Source: Caecitellus pseudoparvulus
Taxonomy: Eukaryota > Protista > Bigyra: Bicosoecida
Direction of reading: 5' to 3'
Length of the DNA stretch: 64,000 nucleotides
NCBI GenBank assembly: GCA_965644315.1
Contig: CBFFRQ010000043.1
Coordinates: forward strand, 434,001 to 498,000
In this document: one piece after another, positions 1 through 12,700 of the stretch
Layout of the letters: each line of letters opens with the position of its first letter
Position numbering within the stretch: position 1 is the first letter of the stretch
The notes under the pieces: model-generated
What the model was told of the DNA's origin: nothing
Seen by the model: the letters and a program-made list of their open reading frames with translations, nothing else
Databases searched by the model: none
Translations under genes and position numbers: made by a program

Positions 1-246
1 CAGCTGGCCTGTTCCCCATCCACGTGTGGGTGTTAGAAGGTCAAGATGACACCACGGCTCTGGCATCCTCCACCCCCTCCGCAGAGGTGGGTGGCGTGTA
101 GGGGGGCCAGTGCGAGTCCGGGCTGAGGCAGGGTCGACGCTCTGCACTGCTCAAAAGACAACCCAGAAGCACAAACCCTAGTCAGGACCAGGCGATGAGG
201 ACGCCTTCAATGCACCCTGTTGTGTGCTGATCTTCCGACACTCACC

Positions 247-888
247 ATGAACAAGACGTTTCGGGAGGTGGCGGCGATGTACATGCGTGCAAACGCAGAG
301 ACAGTCTCACACCAGCAGGAGGTCATGCGGCTGTACCGAGCTTCCCTGCGCTGCTTGACTGACTGGAAGCCCAAGCGGTACCAATGGAACCTTGTGGCAT
401 GTGAAATTCGAGCAGAGTTCGACGCGAACAAGGCAGCTGCCGCTCCGTGAGTGCGGCGAAGGGGAGGCGGCGGTGTCAACTTCCGCAGCCCCGCACTTCC
501 TCCATGAGCTGCCCCACCTCCACAGGGAAGCCAAGCGGCTGCTTAGGGAAGGCAAGGCGCGCTTGGAGGCCAACACACACCCCGATCCCTATGTCTGTGC
601 GTGCTGCTTGCCCTGACCCCAGTGCTTGCGCCCGCTGCCAGGCGGTGCCATTCGCCACACGCGCGCGGCACGCTTGCTCCCCTTGCCGCTGCAGTGCCTT
701 ACATGCCGGGTGGGTCTAAGTTCATGCGCAACCCACCCCCGCCTTTGGACGCTGTCTTCCCCGACGGCGTTCCCCCTGAGATGAACGTGGCAGAGCAGAC
801 CATCGAGGGAGTGCAGCTTAGCCGCAGTGCTTGGAAGGAGGGATACGAGCACGTGCTGGTGGACCCTTACACCAAGCAGGCCAAGTAA
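247..888 (+). CDS. NDUFB9: Complex I subunit NDUFB9/B22 (LYR family), 3 exons: 247-446, 526-596, 695-888; ~154 aa
   Basis: LYR motif (VMRLYRASLR) and ..IRAEFDANK. Spliced HPDPYVLPYMPGGSKFMRNPPPP is typical of B22. Introns GTGAGT..CAG (447-525) and GTGCGT..CAG (597-694) keep the frame. Confidence 0.9.
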
Positions 889-1197
889 ATGCAGTGTTGT
901 TTCACACCACACCTAGCCTGGGCCCGGCGTGCTCGCCCGCTGTGATGCGTTGCTGGCCCTTGCGGCCGACGCACCACCCTTGCGCCGCCACAACCCAAAG
1001 GCTGCACGACACCCGCAAATCACAAGAGACACCAAGCTGGGCATGCAAGTTGTGTGTCAATTTGCACCTGGCAGCCTTCTGTTGAGCCTTCCGCGCAGAG
1101 GCCCTGACCTGTCACCAGTGCGCCAGGATAAGCCACGCTGCTGCCACTTGTCCTGCAAGCTTCGAACGCAGCCAAGGCCAAATCGTGTGCAAGCACC

Positions 1198-3699
1198 ATG
1201 GCTTCGAGTGAGCCTGAGACGTCGCCTGTCCCAGAGGAAGCTCCCCCAACTTCTGACACAGGCGACGAGGGAGAGCAGAGCAGCACCACAGGCGATGATG
1301 CTGGACCGTCAACTTCCGCAGCCCCCTCACCGCCACCTGAGGATGCACCGGAAGGGGATGCAGAGGGCGAGGGCGACAGCGATACACCCACAGATGATGC
1401 AGATGGTGCAGGTGACGAAGCCCCGGCGTCCTCGCCATCTGAGCCGGCGGACGCTGCGGTCGATGCTGGTGGTGATGCACCAGCCACAGACGCTGTGAGC
1501 GAGGCTGACGCGGAGGCTGCCTTTGGCGGCGCCTCCAGTGCCGCATCGAGCTCTGGAGTCACGACGTCTTCCGGCCGCTGCCTGGGAGGCATCACCGTGT
1601 CAGCCAGGCGTGCCCAGCAGCGTCACGTGACTGAGTATGCCGCCGCGCTGCAGTCGGCGTGCGTGTGGACGCAGGACAAGGTGGAGGTGCTGGAGTCCCA
1701 ACGTTCCACACGAGGGCGAGCCCAAGACGCCGCCTGCTCCCTGTACTGGTCCTCTTGGGTGGACTACCTGCGTGGTGCCTGCGATCGCCACAGGGAACTG
1801 CACACGTTCGTGGCTGGCATGGCTCGCCAGCTGGACGCCCAGGTGGCCAGCCACGACGCGTCCCGGGAGGCTGTGGCGTTCCTGCCCGCCTCTGCGCGCA
1901 TCGTGCTGCGGGCAGGGCGCAAGCGCGAGAAGGAGTTCGCAGAGCTGCACAAGGCTGGGCACGACGTGAAGCCAGGCGGCGGCCGACTGCCCAAACCCAC
2001 CTCCCCGGGGGAGGCCGTGCCGTCTGGCACGCCCGACGAAGTCAGCACGCTGGACGTCGCACTGCATGGCGTGGCTGCCACAGCAGACGACGCAGCAGAT
2101 GGCCTGGCACACCTCGCCTGGGCCTTGCGTGTGGGGGTGCTGGGGGCCCCCGTCGCAGATGCCGCCACAGCCCTGGACAGGCGCAGGCGCCACACTGAGG
2201 CCAGCCGGACCTGGCTGGGTATCAGTGCAGGGGGGGGCAAGGTGGGCGAGGCGCTCAGCCCCGCATCTGGCGGCGGCCTCATCCGCCTCACGAAGGAGTA
2301 CGATGGCACGGCCACCAGCATTGCCGAGGCAGGCCACGGCGTCTCCAGCACAGTCACCTCCATCAACAGTGCCGTGGACGGCGCACAGGCCGCACTGCAG
2401 ACCGCACTGGAGGTCACCATGCAGTCTGCACTGCAAGCTGTTGCCGCCAGCAACGCAGCCAGCGGCTCCCACATGCCCAGCGGAACACAGGTCACTGCGT
2501 CGACGCCGCCACCGGCAGGCAGTGGGTCTAGCACACCAGGGGATGCCACCCCCCCGCCTGTGCTGCCCAAGGCCGGCAAGCAGTCAACGGGTGTCGCCGG
2601 CATCGCAGAGGGCCCTACTGGCGATGTGTGGTTGGCAGCGTTGACTCACGCACGGTGCCACGTTGCCTTGCTCAACGCCAAGCGGTCCTACCTGCGCAAG
2701 ATGCGGACGCTGTTTGAGACCATGCGAGAGGCCGAGCGGTCCCGCACTGCCATCCTCGGAGCCTGCATGCAGCGCCTGCACACCATTCTGAGCAGCGCCT
2801 ATGGCGGCCTGGCGGGGGACGTCGCGCCGCGTGCCGCTCTCACCGAGAGTGTAGACACGTACCAGGATTTTGTCAAGTTCGTGGACGCACGGGTGAAGCG
2901 CAGCCTGCGCCCGCGCATCGAGACGCTGCTGCGCACTGGCACCCAGCGAGCAGGCGTGACACAGCAGGCAGTGCAACCTGTGCCTGTGCGGGGCCGAGCC
3001 GCCAAGGCGGCGGCGCCCGCACTGCAAGTGGAGGATTTGAACGTGATGGAGCTGATGACCACCCCGCCCATGCCGGTGCTGTCACCCCTGCTAGGGCCGC
3101 TAGTGGTGCGGTGGGGCACGCTGTGGCGCCAGCCCGGCGGCCTCAGCTCGTACGTGTCGGGGTGGCGCCAGCACACTGCTGTCCTGACGCGGGGTGGGTA
3201 CCTGCACCTCTTCCCAGCAGGCGTCGAGGAGCTGGCGTCGCACACCAACCTTGCTTCGCAGCCGCTGCCTCCTGTGGACCCCGCCCCCGGCGGCGGTGAA
3301 GCGGCGGCTGCTCGAGCGCAGGCGTCGCTGGACGCCCCCCACGCACGCTTTGCTGGCTGCCCTGACGAGGGCGACAGGGACCCGCAAGCAGGCGCTGGAC
3401 CCCTGCAGCCAGATGTGACCATGTGCATTGGGCAAGCGACACTGCGTGGCGGCGGCGTGGAGAGCAGCCCCAGCAAGTTGGGGCGTGCGGGCGGCATGTC
3501 AGTGCAGTTCCTGCCCAGCGTGCACGAGGCGGCGTTCGAGGTGACCATTGCGACGCCCGGGATGCTGTTCCCCACAAAAACCAAGTACGTGCTGCAGGCC
3601 CCCAGCCAGAACGCCATGGTGGACTGGATGGTGGACATCCAAGACGTCGCCACTGGGGCAGCCGGCACTGCCGCGCTCCTGGCCGGGCCAAAGAGCTGA
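1198..3699 (+). CDS. Helical (BAR-like) plus C-terminal PH-domain protein, Slm1-like architecture; 833 aa, single exon
   Basis: Acidic disordered N-terminus and a long amphipathic helical region. PH strands VVRWGTLWRQ..WRQHTAVLTRGGYLHLF and the PH C-terminal helix YVLQAPSQNAMVDWMVDIQ. The BAR assignment is inference. Confidence 0.6.
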   Translation: MASSEPETSPVPEEAPPTSDTGDEGEQSSTTGDDAGPSTSAAPSPPPEDAPEGDAEGEGDSDTPTDDADGAGDEAPASSPSEPADAAVDAGGDAPATDAVSEADAEAAFGGASSAASSSGVTTSSGRCLGGITVSARRAQQRHVTEYAAALQSACVWTQDKVEVLESQRSTRGRAQDAACSLYWSSWVDYLRGACDRHRELHTFVAGMARQLDAQVASHDASREAVAFLPASARIVLRAGRKREKEFAELHKAGHDVKPGGGRLPKPTSPGEAVPSGTPDEVSTLDVALHGVAATADDAADGLAHLAWALRVGVLGAPVADAATALDRRRRHTEASRTWLGISAGGGKVGEALSPASGGGLIRLTKEYDGTATSIAEAGHGVSSTVTSINSAVDGAQAALQTALEVTMQSALQAVAASNAASGSHMPSGTQVTASTPPPAGSGSSTPGDATPPPVLPKAGKQSTGVAGIAEGPTGDVWLAALTHARCHVALLNAKRSYLRKMRTLFETMREAERSRTAILGACMQRLHTILSSAYGGLAGDVAPRAALTESVDTYQDFVKFVDARVKRSLRPRIETLLRTGTQRAGVTQQAVQPVPVRGRAAKAAAPALQVEDLNVMELMTTPPMPVLSPLLGPLVVRWGTLWRQPGGLSSYVSGWRQHTAVLTRGGYLHLFPAGVEELASHTNLASQPLPPVDPAPGGGEAAAARAQASLDAPHARFAGCPDEGDRDPQAGAGPLQPDVTMCIGQATLRGGGVESSPSKLGRAGGMSVQFLPSVHEAAFEVTIATPGMLFPTKTKYVLQAPSQNAMVDWMVDIQDVATGAAGTAALLAGPKS

Positions 3700-3719
3700 A
3701 GTGGCGGCAGGTGCGTCTA

Positions 3720-3731
3720 AATGCATGCATT
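3720..3731. promoter_or_regulatory. Palindrome AATGCATGCATT; putative bidirectional 3'-end/polyadenylation signal between convergent genes
   Basis: A perfect 12-bp palindrome in the 63-bp gap between two stop codons. The same hexamer recurs after most genes. Confidence 0.6.
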
Positions 3732-3762
3732 CGTTGCGCCCTAACGCATCCTCCCACCCATG

Positions 3763-6700
3763 TCAAGCCTCCACGGCCCCCGCGTCACCTGCGTGAGCCA
3801 GCATGTCGAACCATTGCTTTAGCGCGTCGGCCAGCGCCAGCGGCAAGGAGGCCACGTCTCGCACGATGAGGTAGTAGGGGAAGGGGTAGTCGTCCAAGTA
3901 GGCTTGTTGCACGACACGGGTGCCCTGGAAGGAAATCTTGTTCATGTGCAGCACGCTCTCCTTGGGGTCTGCCTTGTCCACGATGACAAGGACCAGGAGC
4001 TGGTTGCGGGAGGCGCATTCGATGACCCACTTCTTAATGTCCTCCCGACTTCCGTGGGCAAGGATGCCGTCAGAGATTAAGAAGACCAGCTGCAGCACCG
4101 TGGTGGACCCTGCAGTGGCGGATGTGATGGCAGCCTTGCCAGCCGCTGCCGCTGCAGACATGACGGACACCACCTGTTGCAAGGCCGTCGCCGTCGCGGT
4201 GATGCCTTGGTTGAAGCCCAGCCGGGACACCACCCGAGCCCCTGCCTCGTCGTCAAAAGGTGTCTCGAATGGGTGCAGCAGCCTGGCCTCGCGGCCAAAC
4301 GACATGATGCCCAGCTGCCCGACTTCCAGCGCTGACAAGGCTTTCGCCATCGTCGTCAGAGCCTCGCAGGCCATGCCAGCGGCGCCGTTGTCACGCATAG
4401 ACGCAGAGTCGTCAACAGCTAGCAGCACCTGATACGTGCGCTGCGACGGCTTCGTGCGGCGGAGCCAGATGGCATCCTTGCGGAAGTTTGACGCGATGTA
4501 TGGGATGACCTTCTTCATGTTGATGCGCTTGCCTGTGCGGAAGTCGCCGGCGAGGCGGGAAGCCAGGGTCGGCTCCAGCACCAGCCGCAGGGACTCGCAC
4601 AGGGAGCTGGCCGCATCAGCAGTGAGCCCCACGAGGCCATTCCAGGCCTCCGTCGCCCGCTCGCGGCTCACACCTTCCCCGCTGTCCCACGATGCCAAGT
4701 ACTCCTCAAAGCCTTCCCGAAGGGCCGAGGCCGCTGCCTCCTCGGCGATTTCATCGCGCACTGCCTCGGCAACTCCTCCAGAAGCAGCATTCGTGATTGC
4801 GGTGGCCCCAGCGCCAGCGGTTGCTGCAGCCGCCACCGCTTCTGCTTCCAGCTGTTCTGCAGCATCGGCTTCCATGAACGCCAGCACATCCTGCACGTCC
4901 TCGGCAAGTTCTGAGCTCTCGGGCTCGGAAGGGGCATGCATGTCATCCGTGTCCTGACCCTCTGCCTCCTGCCCCCCCGCACCAGGCGCCGCATCTGCCG
5001 GCTTGACAGGCTGAGCCGCCGTGTCCAGTGCCTCCCCCGCCTCACCATCAGCGGCGCCCTCCTCGGCATCGGCGTCTCCCTCAGCCGAGGGCACATCCTG
5101 CCCAATGGAGTCTTCCTCGGCTGCATCGTCGCCGTGTCGCACCTGCTGCTGCAGGCCCTCGTCTCCCCCTTCCTCCTCCCCCGGTGCAAGCGCGGCCTCT
5201 TCGTCACCTCGCCCTTCTTCTTCATCTTCGGGGCGCCCCTCGGCCTCCTCTTCCATGGCTGGGGCAAGCATTTGTGCGCCCCCTGTCTCATGCAGAACGG
5301 CATCCAGGTCTCCGCCCCCACCGCCGCCCTCCTGCGGTGCGTCCGTGTCCACTTCTGGTGCACCCTCGTCCCGCTCAGCACCTGCCTCCAACTCACGCAG
5401 CTTAACCTGCCAACGCTCCAGTGCAGCGGCCGGATCCAAAGCGTCGTCCTCCTGTCCTGACGGCATGGGGAGCGGGGGAGGGCGACGCTGACGACGGGGA
5501 GCTGCCGATGAGTCCCCACCCCCGGAAGGGTCCAAACTCATCTCCTGCCACTGCCCCTCATCCCCCGCGGCGCCGCCTGCAGCGCCATCGTCAGCGTCGG
5601 GTGGAGTCTCGTCTTGCTGCGGCTGCCCGCCGGCCGGGGCTTCCTTCACCTGCTCAGTCAAGTCCACGTCACCTTCCTCGTCTTCCGCAGCAGCCTCAGG
5701 GGCCGCTGGTGCGGCAGGTGCCGATTCCTCTGCCTTGCCACCCTCGGCAGCATCCAATTCTTCCTGGGGGCCTGTCATGACCTCTGCACGGTCCTGGCCC
5801 TCTGCACTCTGCAAGCCTTGGCCTGCCGGGGTGTGGTCTTCTTCCTCCTTGGCCTCAGGTCGCTGCCCAGCGTCCTCCGCTGCTGACGCGCCGACGCCCT
5901 CCTCCTCGTCCATGTCCCCCTCCACGGCACCCTCCTCCTCCGCCTGAGGCTCGTCTTCAGGGGCATCCCCTTCCTCGCCATCTGGCTCAAGGGTTTCAGG
6001 TCCCTCCTGCCCCTCCTCTTCACCACCCTCCTCCTGCCCCTCGCTGCCTTCCCCGTCGTCAACAGCAGCCTCTCCTGCCCCATCCTCCTCCCCGCCTACA
6101 CCATCGTCGCCGCCTGCCTCCTCTTCCTCTGCAGCCCCGTCTGCCTCCTCCGCTGCTCCCTCATCTCGCCCCCCGCCGTCAGCGGCATCCAGAGGGTCGT
6201 TGAATGCGCCGCCTTCTTCGCCATCCGCTTCATCATCTCCACCTTCACCGCCTGATCCGTCATCCCCATCCAGCGCCATGTCATCTGCCAGGTCCAGGCC
6301 ATCCTCACCCTTCTCCTCCTCCCCGCCGTCATCTCCCCCGCCGTCCAGGGCCTGGGGGCCCTCTGGCCCGTCCTCGTAGTCGGCATCCCCGGGGTGCTCC
6401 TCTTCCTCCTCCCCACCCTCTGATTCCCCGCCATCCCCCCCTGCATCGTCTCCGGCCGCCTGGGGCTGGTTCTCGCCGGGCCCCTCTTTGGCTCGAATTT
6501 CATCTGTTGCTGCCTCGCCCTGGTCCTGCCCCAACCGCTCAGAGGACTCAAACTCCGCTCGGCCCTCCCCGCCGTCTTCCTCCTCGTCATCGTCGTCTCC
6601 ATCCCACAACTGCTGGTCCACAACGTCGTCGTCAGCTCCGGTGTCCCCCATCTGCCTGTCAAGCTCCTCCTCCTCCCCACCGTCCTCGCCATCAGCATCA

Positions 6701-9700
6701 CCGTCTCCATCATCAGGCATGTCGTGCATGGCGCCCTCGAAATCCCCGCTCATTTCAATGCCACCATCCTCATCCGGCACATCTGGCCGCTCCTCAGGCG
6801 GCACACCTTCGTCCTCCCCTTGCAGCCCGGCCACTTGGTCTTCGTGCTCGATTTGGTCTGACACGTCCTTCGCGCCCTCCCCTGCGCCCATGCCAGTGCC
6901 GTCCTGTGCGCCTTCAAATGCACCGCTCTGCATCTCACCCTCGTCCCCACCATCCCCCTCCTCGGCAGGAGCACAGAAACCCTCCCGGAACACAGTTGCT
7001 GCTGTGCGACACAACACGTACGTCAACTTCCCTGTGTGGCCATGCAGCACGAGAGAGTCTTGCAGCAAGTCCACCGCTGCGCCAATGACTCCCTGCAGCA
7101 TCCGCTGTGCGTGGGTGAATGCGGCAGACATGGCAGCGGCCGGGGCAGCGGGTCCGGCACTGCCGCAGCTCGCCATGACCTTGACTGCGCACCGTAGCAG
7201 GGCTGGAAGAGACATCGCACCCCACGAGCCTGCACAAGCCAAGTGCTGGGTCATCAAGTGCACCTCAGCATCGTCAGCCTCGGGAACGGCCGCGCTGCCT
7301 GCCGCGCTCTCCACAACCAGCGACCCAGTTCCCCACAGCAGCTTGCCTCGAGCAGCAAGGGTGCGCGCACTGGCACGTTCAGCCGATCGGTCCAGCGGGC
7401 CCTTGGCAGCACAAGTGCGCTGCACGCTCAGCAGCACGGCACTCACCAAGTCATTCACAGCAGGCAGCACGGACTGAGGCAAAGCAGGTGTCGCTTGCAC
7501 GGCGGCTGCAAGGTGCTGTTCAGCAGACTGCGTGGCCTCTACCAGTCCGTCCAGCACTGTGACCGCCGCCAGGGCTTGGTTGCGGGCTGCAACGGTGTAC
7601 GGGTCAGTGTCGCTGGCATCCTTAGGAGCATCCAGGAACGCCTCCAACGTGTACACTGTGTCGCTCAGCACCTCCACTGCGCCCGATACCAAGCCTTGAA
7701 TGTCCCCCGCCGGTAGGCGCAGGGAGCTCGCGATGGAGCTGGCGCTTGCTGCCAAGTGCTCGCCATCGCACAGCGCCGTGGCGCAGGCCGTGACATCCGC
7801 CTGCAGCCCTGCCATGCACGCGACCAACCGAGACAGGAGAGCGTCCACCTCCTCCGTTGCAGCAGCCACAACATCAATCAGTGCTTGTGTCACGGCGGCT
7901 GCGGATGAAGAGTCGGCCAAACCTGCCGTTGTCTGAGTTGGGGCGCTTGCTCGTGTGTCCAGCAACGCACTGGCATCGCCAGGCACTGAAGCACCTGCCT
8001 CGCTTTCGAGAACTTCCTCAGGCAGCTGCACGTCTGCCACGTCGGCCAGATCCATGCCCAGAGCAACTGACCCAGCTGCTGACACGGTGTGCTGGGCACG
8101 CAGCGCAGCAGTGAGCTGCAGCAGGTACGCTCGAGCATCCGCCACCGCGCCATGAGAAGCGTCCAGCGCTGCCAGCGCTGGAACGTACGTCAGCAGTGGT
8201 TGCGAGCCAGCTTCGGCCACCTGGCACATGACAGACAGCTGCCGACTCAAGACGAGGGCAGCAGAGACCTGCTGACAAGCTGTGGACAGCAGCATGCGCT
8301 GCTGAATGCACATGAACATGAGGTTGTCAGCCAGGCCACGAGTGATCTGCACTTCCCTGGGCGTCACGTCAGGGCTGGACTGCGACGCAGCAGCGATGCG
8401 AACTCGAGTCAGCGCGTCCAAGTTGCGGTTGAAGTAGTCCTCACCCCGGGTCCACAGCCGGAGGAGAGGGCCACAAATACCTCGCAAGGCCGCAGCTTCG
8501 ATGCTACCCCCCACCGCTGCCACAGCTTGCCAGCTGGAGTACGCTCTGTGGAAAGCCACCAATGCGTGGGAGGGACTGGGTGTGTCCAGCATGCTGCGGG
8601 CGTGGTCCATGACACGGGGCAGGGCGCCTGCGTGGTAGGGCACGCCGTGCCCCCGCAGCGTTTTGAGCATGTCAACGAACGCCATATGCTTGCGCACCCG
8701 TGGGGCCTCTGTCGAGCGCAACGACGCTGCGCGCTTGACAATGGTGCTAGCCAGCATGTCCACATATGCTGCTCCTCGGTCACGAGCAGCAGAAGCAGCT
8801 GCGGACACGATACCCTCACCTCTGGATGATCTGGCCGCACCCCTCAACAGTTGCCACATGCGCCGGTGCAGCGCTGCGGCCTTATCCAGGTGCCACTTAT
8901 CAACAACCTCCCCCACTGGCAAGGGAACGTCATCTGCGTCAGCTTCCGTTATGCCGGCCCAGTACAGAGCGTTGGCTGCTTCAACGACCGCACCATGCCG
9001 AGCCAAGGATGTGCCGTGGGGCATGTCGTCCCCACTTCCCAGGCGCTCCAGGCTGGCGTGCTGGTGCTCAGCCAGGATGGAGGCGGAGGCATCCGGGTCC
9101 CCTGACAGCACCTGTGTGGAGGGCGACCGCAAGATGTCTTCGTACTTGCGTACAATGCGAGCGAGGGTGCGAGAGGACTTCTCAGCAGATGCCTTCAGGC
9201 TGTAGTAGTTGCGTTCGTCCCACTTGGCAATCTTGACAGCGTCCTTCAGCTCCCGCTGCACGGGAGAAGCGAGCGTGCCCAGTACCGCGCTGGCACGCGG
9301 TACGAACTGCGCATACCACGCGACCAGCCCGTGCAGAAGCGCAGCAACACGAGCGTGCATGAGAGTGGGCACACGGGTGCCGATGACGCCATCCCCTGCG
9401 CCACCTGCCACAACCAACACCCGAGCGTGCAGCTGTGAAGCAACATCTGCGCGCAGCAGGCCTTCGAAGCTCTGTAGCAGCGCCACACGTGCCGCAAGCT
9501 CACCGAGGGGGGCAGTGCGCAGGAACCGCTCAAGGGTGTCGAACAGGGCTGCGACGTGCTTCTGCTGCGCAGCTGACCAGTCCAAGCCCTCCACCGCGGC
9601 ACCGGGGACAGTTGCACTGGCATCGCCAACGTACTTGGCGCCTGTGGCAGTGCGCTCTGCGCCAATGAGGGCCGCATCGGTGGTGCCTCGACTGGTCGCG

Positions 9701-12700
9701 TACACCACTCCCGACGCGGCCTCAGGCATGGGCTCTCCCAGTGCGCCCAGAGCCTGCACTGCCGCGTGGGGCAGCAATGGCGTGGCCCAGCTGGCATGCG
9801 GTGCCAGTGCGGCCAGGGGCTGGAAGGCTCCGCCAGCCACGTTCACAGCGGGCGCCAGACCAGCTGCCAGGCGAATGCTGCCATGTCCGAGCGGGGCCTG
9901 CATGGCTGCAGCGGGTGCATCTGTCAGTGCTGAATAGAGCTGGAAGACCCACTCTGTCGCAGAGTGTGTGTAGTGCACCTCCTTCACACGCAGCAAGTGT
10001 GGCCAAGAGGACAGCTCGAGCTTGCGCCAGCGTGTGATGAGTTGCTTCAGGGGCCGCACTGCATCGTGCAGGTGGTAGGCCTTGGGCGCAGTGGCCGTCC
10101 ACTCCTCTGCCTTGGACAGCAGCAGCTCAATGCCAGTGACTGCCTTGGACAGCGGCGTGTTCAGGGGCAGGCGCAGCACTTTGTCCGCCATGCGCACCAT
10201 GACGGAGATGACTGCGTTGCCGGGCATGACCGCAAGCAGTCCGAACGCGGCGCGCTGGAAAGCCCGCAGGACAGGTACGGCCAGCTTCAGTTCAGCGGGG
10301 TGTCCGTCTCGGTGAAAGGCGTACCAGCCCACGGCAGACTTGGGTGGTGGAGGCACCGGACGCTGCAGGTCGGACAGGAGCTTCACCACCTCCTCGTCAG
10401 ACGCTGGCGCGAAAGCTGCTGGAACGGATGCCTTTCCGTGCTTGCGCTTGCGGCGGCGGCGCTTGCGCAGCTGGCGGCGCTGTGCCTTGGCAGCTTTGCC
10501 CAGCATTGCCACGGCCTGGGAGCCCAGTGCTTTGAAAGCGTCCTGGATCACCAGCAAAATACCCATGGAGCGGTCCTGGGACGAGCCTGGCGCGACGATT
10601 GCCGGGTGCTGCAGCAAGTAGCGTGTGCTGGGAGGCAGAGTGCGCAAGAGTGCGTGGGCCGCGATAGCAGACGTGTGAGCAGCAGCAAGCAGCGCATCCT
10701 CGAAGGCAGTGACACCGGCGGCGTCTGAACGCACGCCACCATACATGTCAATGAAGCCTGCCAGAGCCAAAGCGTCACTCTGGGAGAGGTGCACTCCGCT
10801 TGCTTCCAAGTCCACCGTCTCTGCCTCCTTCTCGTCGCTCTCCCTCTCACCCTCCGCAACCTCGGTCTCGCTGGGCATGAGTGCTTCAAACTCCGCGCGG
10901 TGGTCTGGGAACAGCGCTCTGTACTCCTTTTCTGCCTGCTCCTCCTCGCTGACCCCCTCAAAGGTCTGCTCGCGAGGTGCCAAGGCAGCAGCGGCTTCTT
11001 TGGCGGCTGCAGCCGCTGCTGCTTCGGCACGCTGCGCTCGCCACAGACCCACCACTGCTGACAAAGTGGTCATGCCCCAGGCTTGCGCTACTGCCGTACC
11101 ACGCGTCACAGCACTTGTCGCAGAGGCTCGCGCCCCGTGGGCAGTGATGGCCAGCACCGCACGTCTCATGGCAGCCCGCAGCACAGTGGCTCGAGATGCT
11201 GGCGCGCGCAGGCGCCCCTTCCCGCCCCATGCAGGCAAGGCGTCGGCTGCCGACAGCGCGGAGTCCAACGCCTTCACGGCAGCCGAGCCAAGCAAGGCGC
11301 CTGCTCCGAAAGCGCCTGCCGCAAGGCGGCCTTGTGTATCTGGCTGCACTGGCATCGCGCTGAGAACCTTGAGCAAAGGTGCGAGGGAACGCACCACTTG
11401 CACCCAAGCAGGTGTTCCCACAGAGGGACCGCGGGTGAGGGACACAGGCGCAGCTGCCGCAGACAGCGCCGCCAGCCGCATCCCGTGGGACACTTGCCCC
11501 ACAGCGGAGATCAGTGGCATGACCACGTCAGCGTACGCATGGCTGGCTTGCGAGAGGGCCGGGCTCAAGGCCGACCCGAGCGCTGCCTGCCATTGACTTT
11601 CCTGGGCCAGCGCAGCAGATACATCGCCTGGGCCGAGCAACGCATCCAGCGTTCCGAATACGCGGTCACTTGTGAGCAAGGTGCCGACAAGCCCCCCAAA
11701 GGCATTCACCAGCTCAATGTACACTCCCTCCTGCTGCGTGTCACGCGCGACGTCTGGTGCTGAGGCGTGCAAGTCAAGCAGATTGTGCCGCAGCTGCTCC
11801 AGAAGCTGCCGCGTCACTGGGGTGGACAGATCCCACACATCACAGCGGGTGGCATCGTCGTCCAAGGGGTGCTCCCCCGCTGCAGCCCCACGGGCGAGGA
11901 CTTGTGCAAAGTCCTCTGCCGTTTGTCGTGCCAGCACGCAGTCCGAGACACGCTGCAGAGCCGCTTTCTGCCACTGTGGCAGAAGGAGAGGGTCAGCAGT
12001 GCTGCGGGGGCAGAGGAGCTGCGCACGGAGGCAGCCAATGGCCACCCACACTTCGCTTAGGGCAGTGTGGGTTGAGGTCACGCCGTCTGCGCGCTGCAAC
12101 GCCGACACTCCTGCCAGAACCCTGGAGCCGATTGTGCGCAGCGCCGCCTTTACCCGGGGCTCAGGGCAATGGGACATGAACGTTTCCAGGACAGCAGCTG
12201 CCGAGTCCGCCTCAGCCACGTCGCATCCCTGAGCACCGGCAGCAGCTTGCAGGGCGCTGGCCCAAGCCACGACAGCTTTCCCCTCTTGCCCGGCACTGAG
12301 GCTTTGTGCAAGGGCCATGAACGTGCGTGAGACCTCCAACAAGGCAGCACGCACATCCGCCTCCAGAACAGGGGGCACATCGGAAAAGAGTGTCACTGCG
12401 GTTCCGATGTGGCCCAGTTGGGTGTGACGAGAGCTGACATCCTGAGCAGCTGCGCTGCCTGTCGTGTCGCTCATGGCTGTCGCTGAGTCTTGCTGGCTGG
12501 CAGCTCCTTCGCCGCCGTGGGCAATGCGCCCGGACGTGGAAACACGGTGTTCAGGAGACACCAGCGTGAGGGCAAAGTGAGGGGTGAAGCTGCCAAACAG
12601 CGCAATGGGACCTTGCAGACTCCCTTCCGAATGGAGGGGCAGCCCCCCGAGCTGGCCCGCAGTGGCACTGCCCGCGCCCCCAGCACCCAAAGTCAGCTGT

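Noticed and set aside
1-214. Possible last exon(s) of an upstream gene (acceptor-like CCGCAG near 84, AATGCA at 209)
   Set aside because: Too little sequence to establish a frame or product.
475-1325. Exact 18-bp repeat GTCAACTTCCGCAGCCCC at 475-492 (intron) and 1308-1325 (CDS)
   Set aside because: Only two copies, with no terminal repeats or transposase between them. Compatible with chance or an old micro-duplication.
4900-6970. Repetitive TCC/CTC-rich DNA
   Set aside because: This is the coding D/E-rich region of midasin, not a satellite or array.
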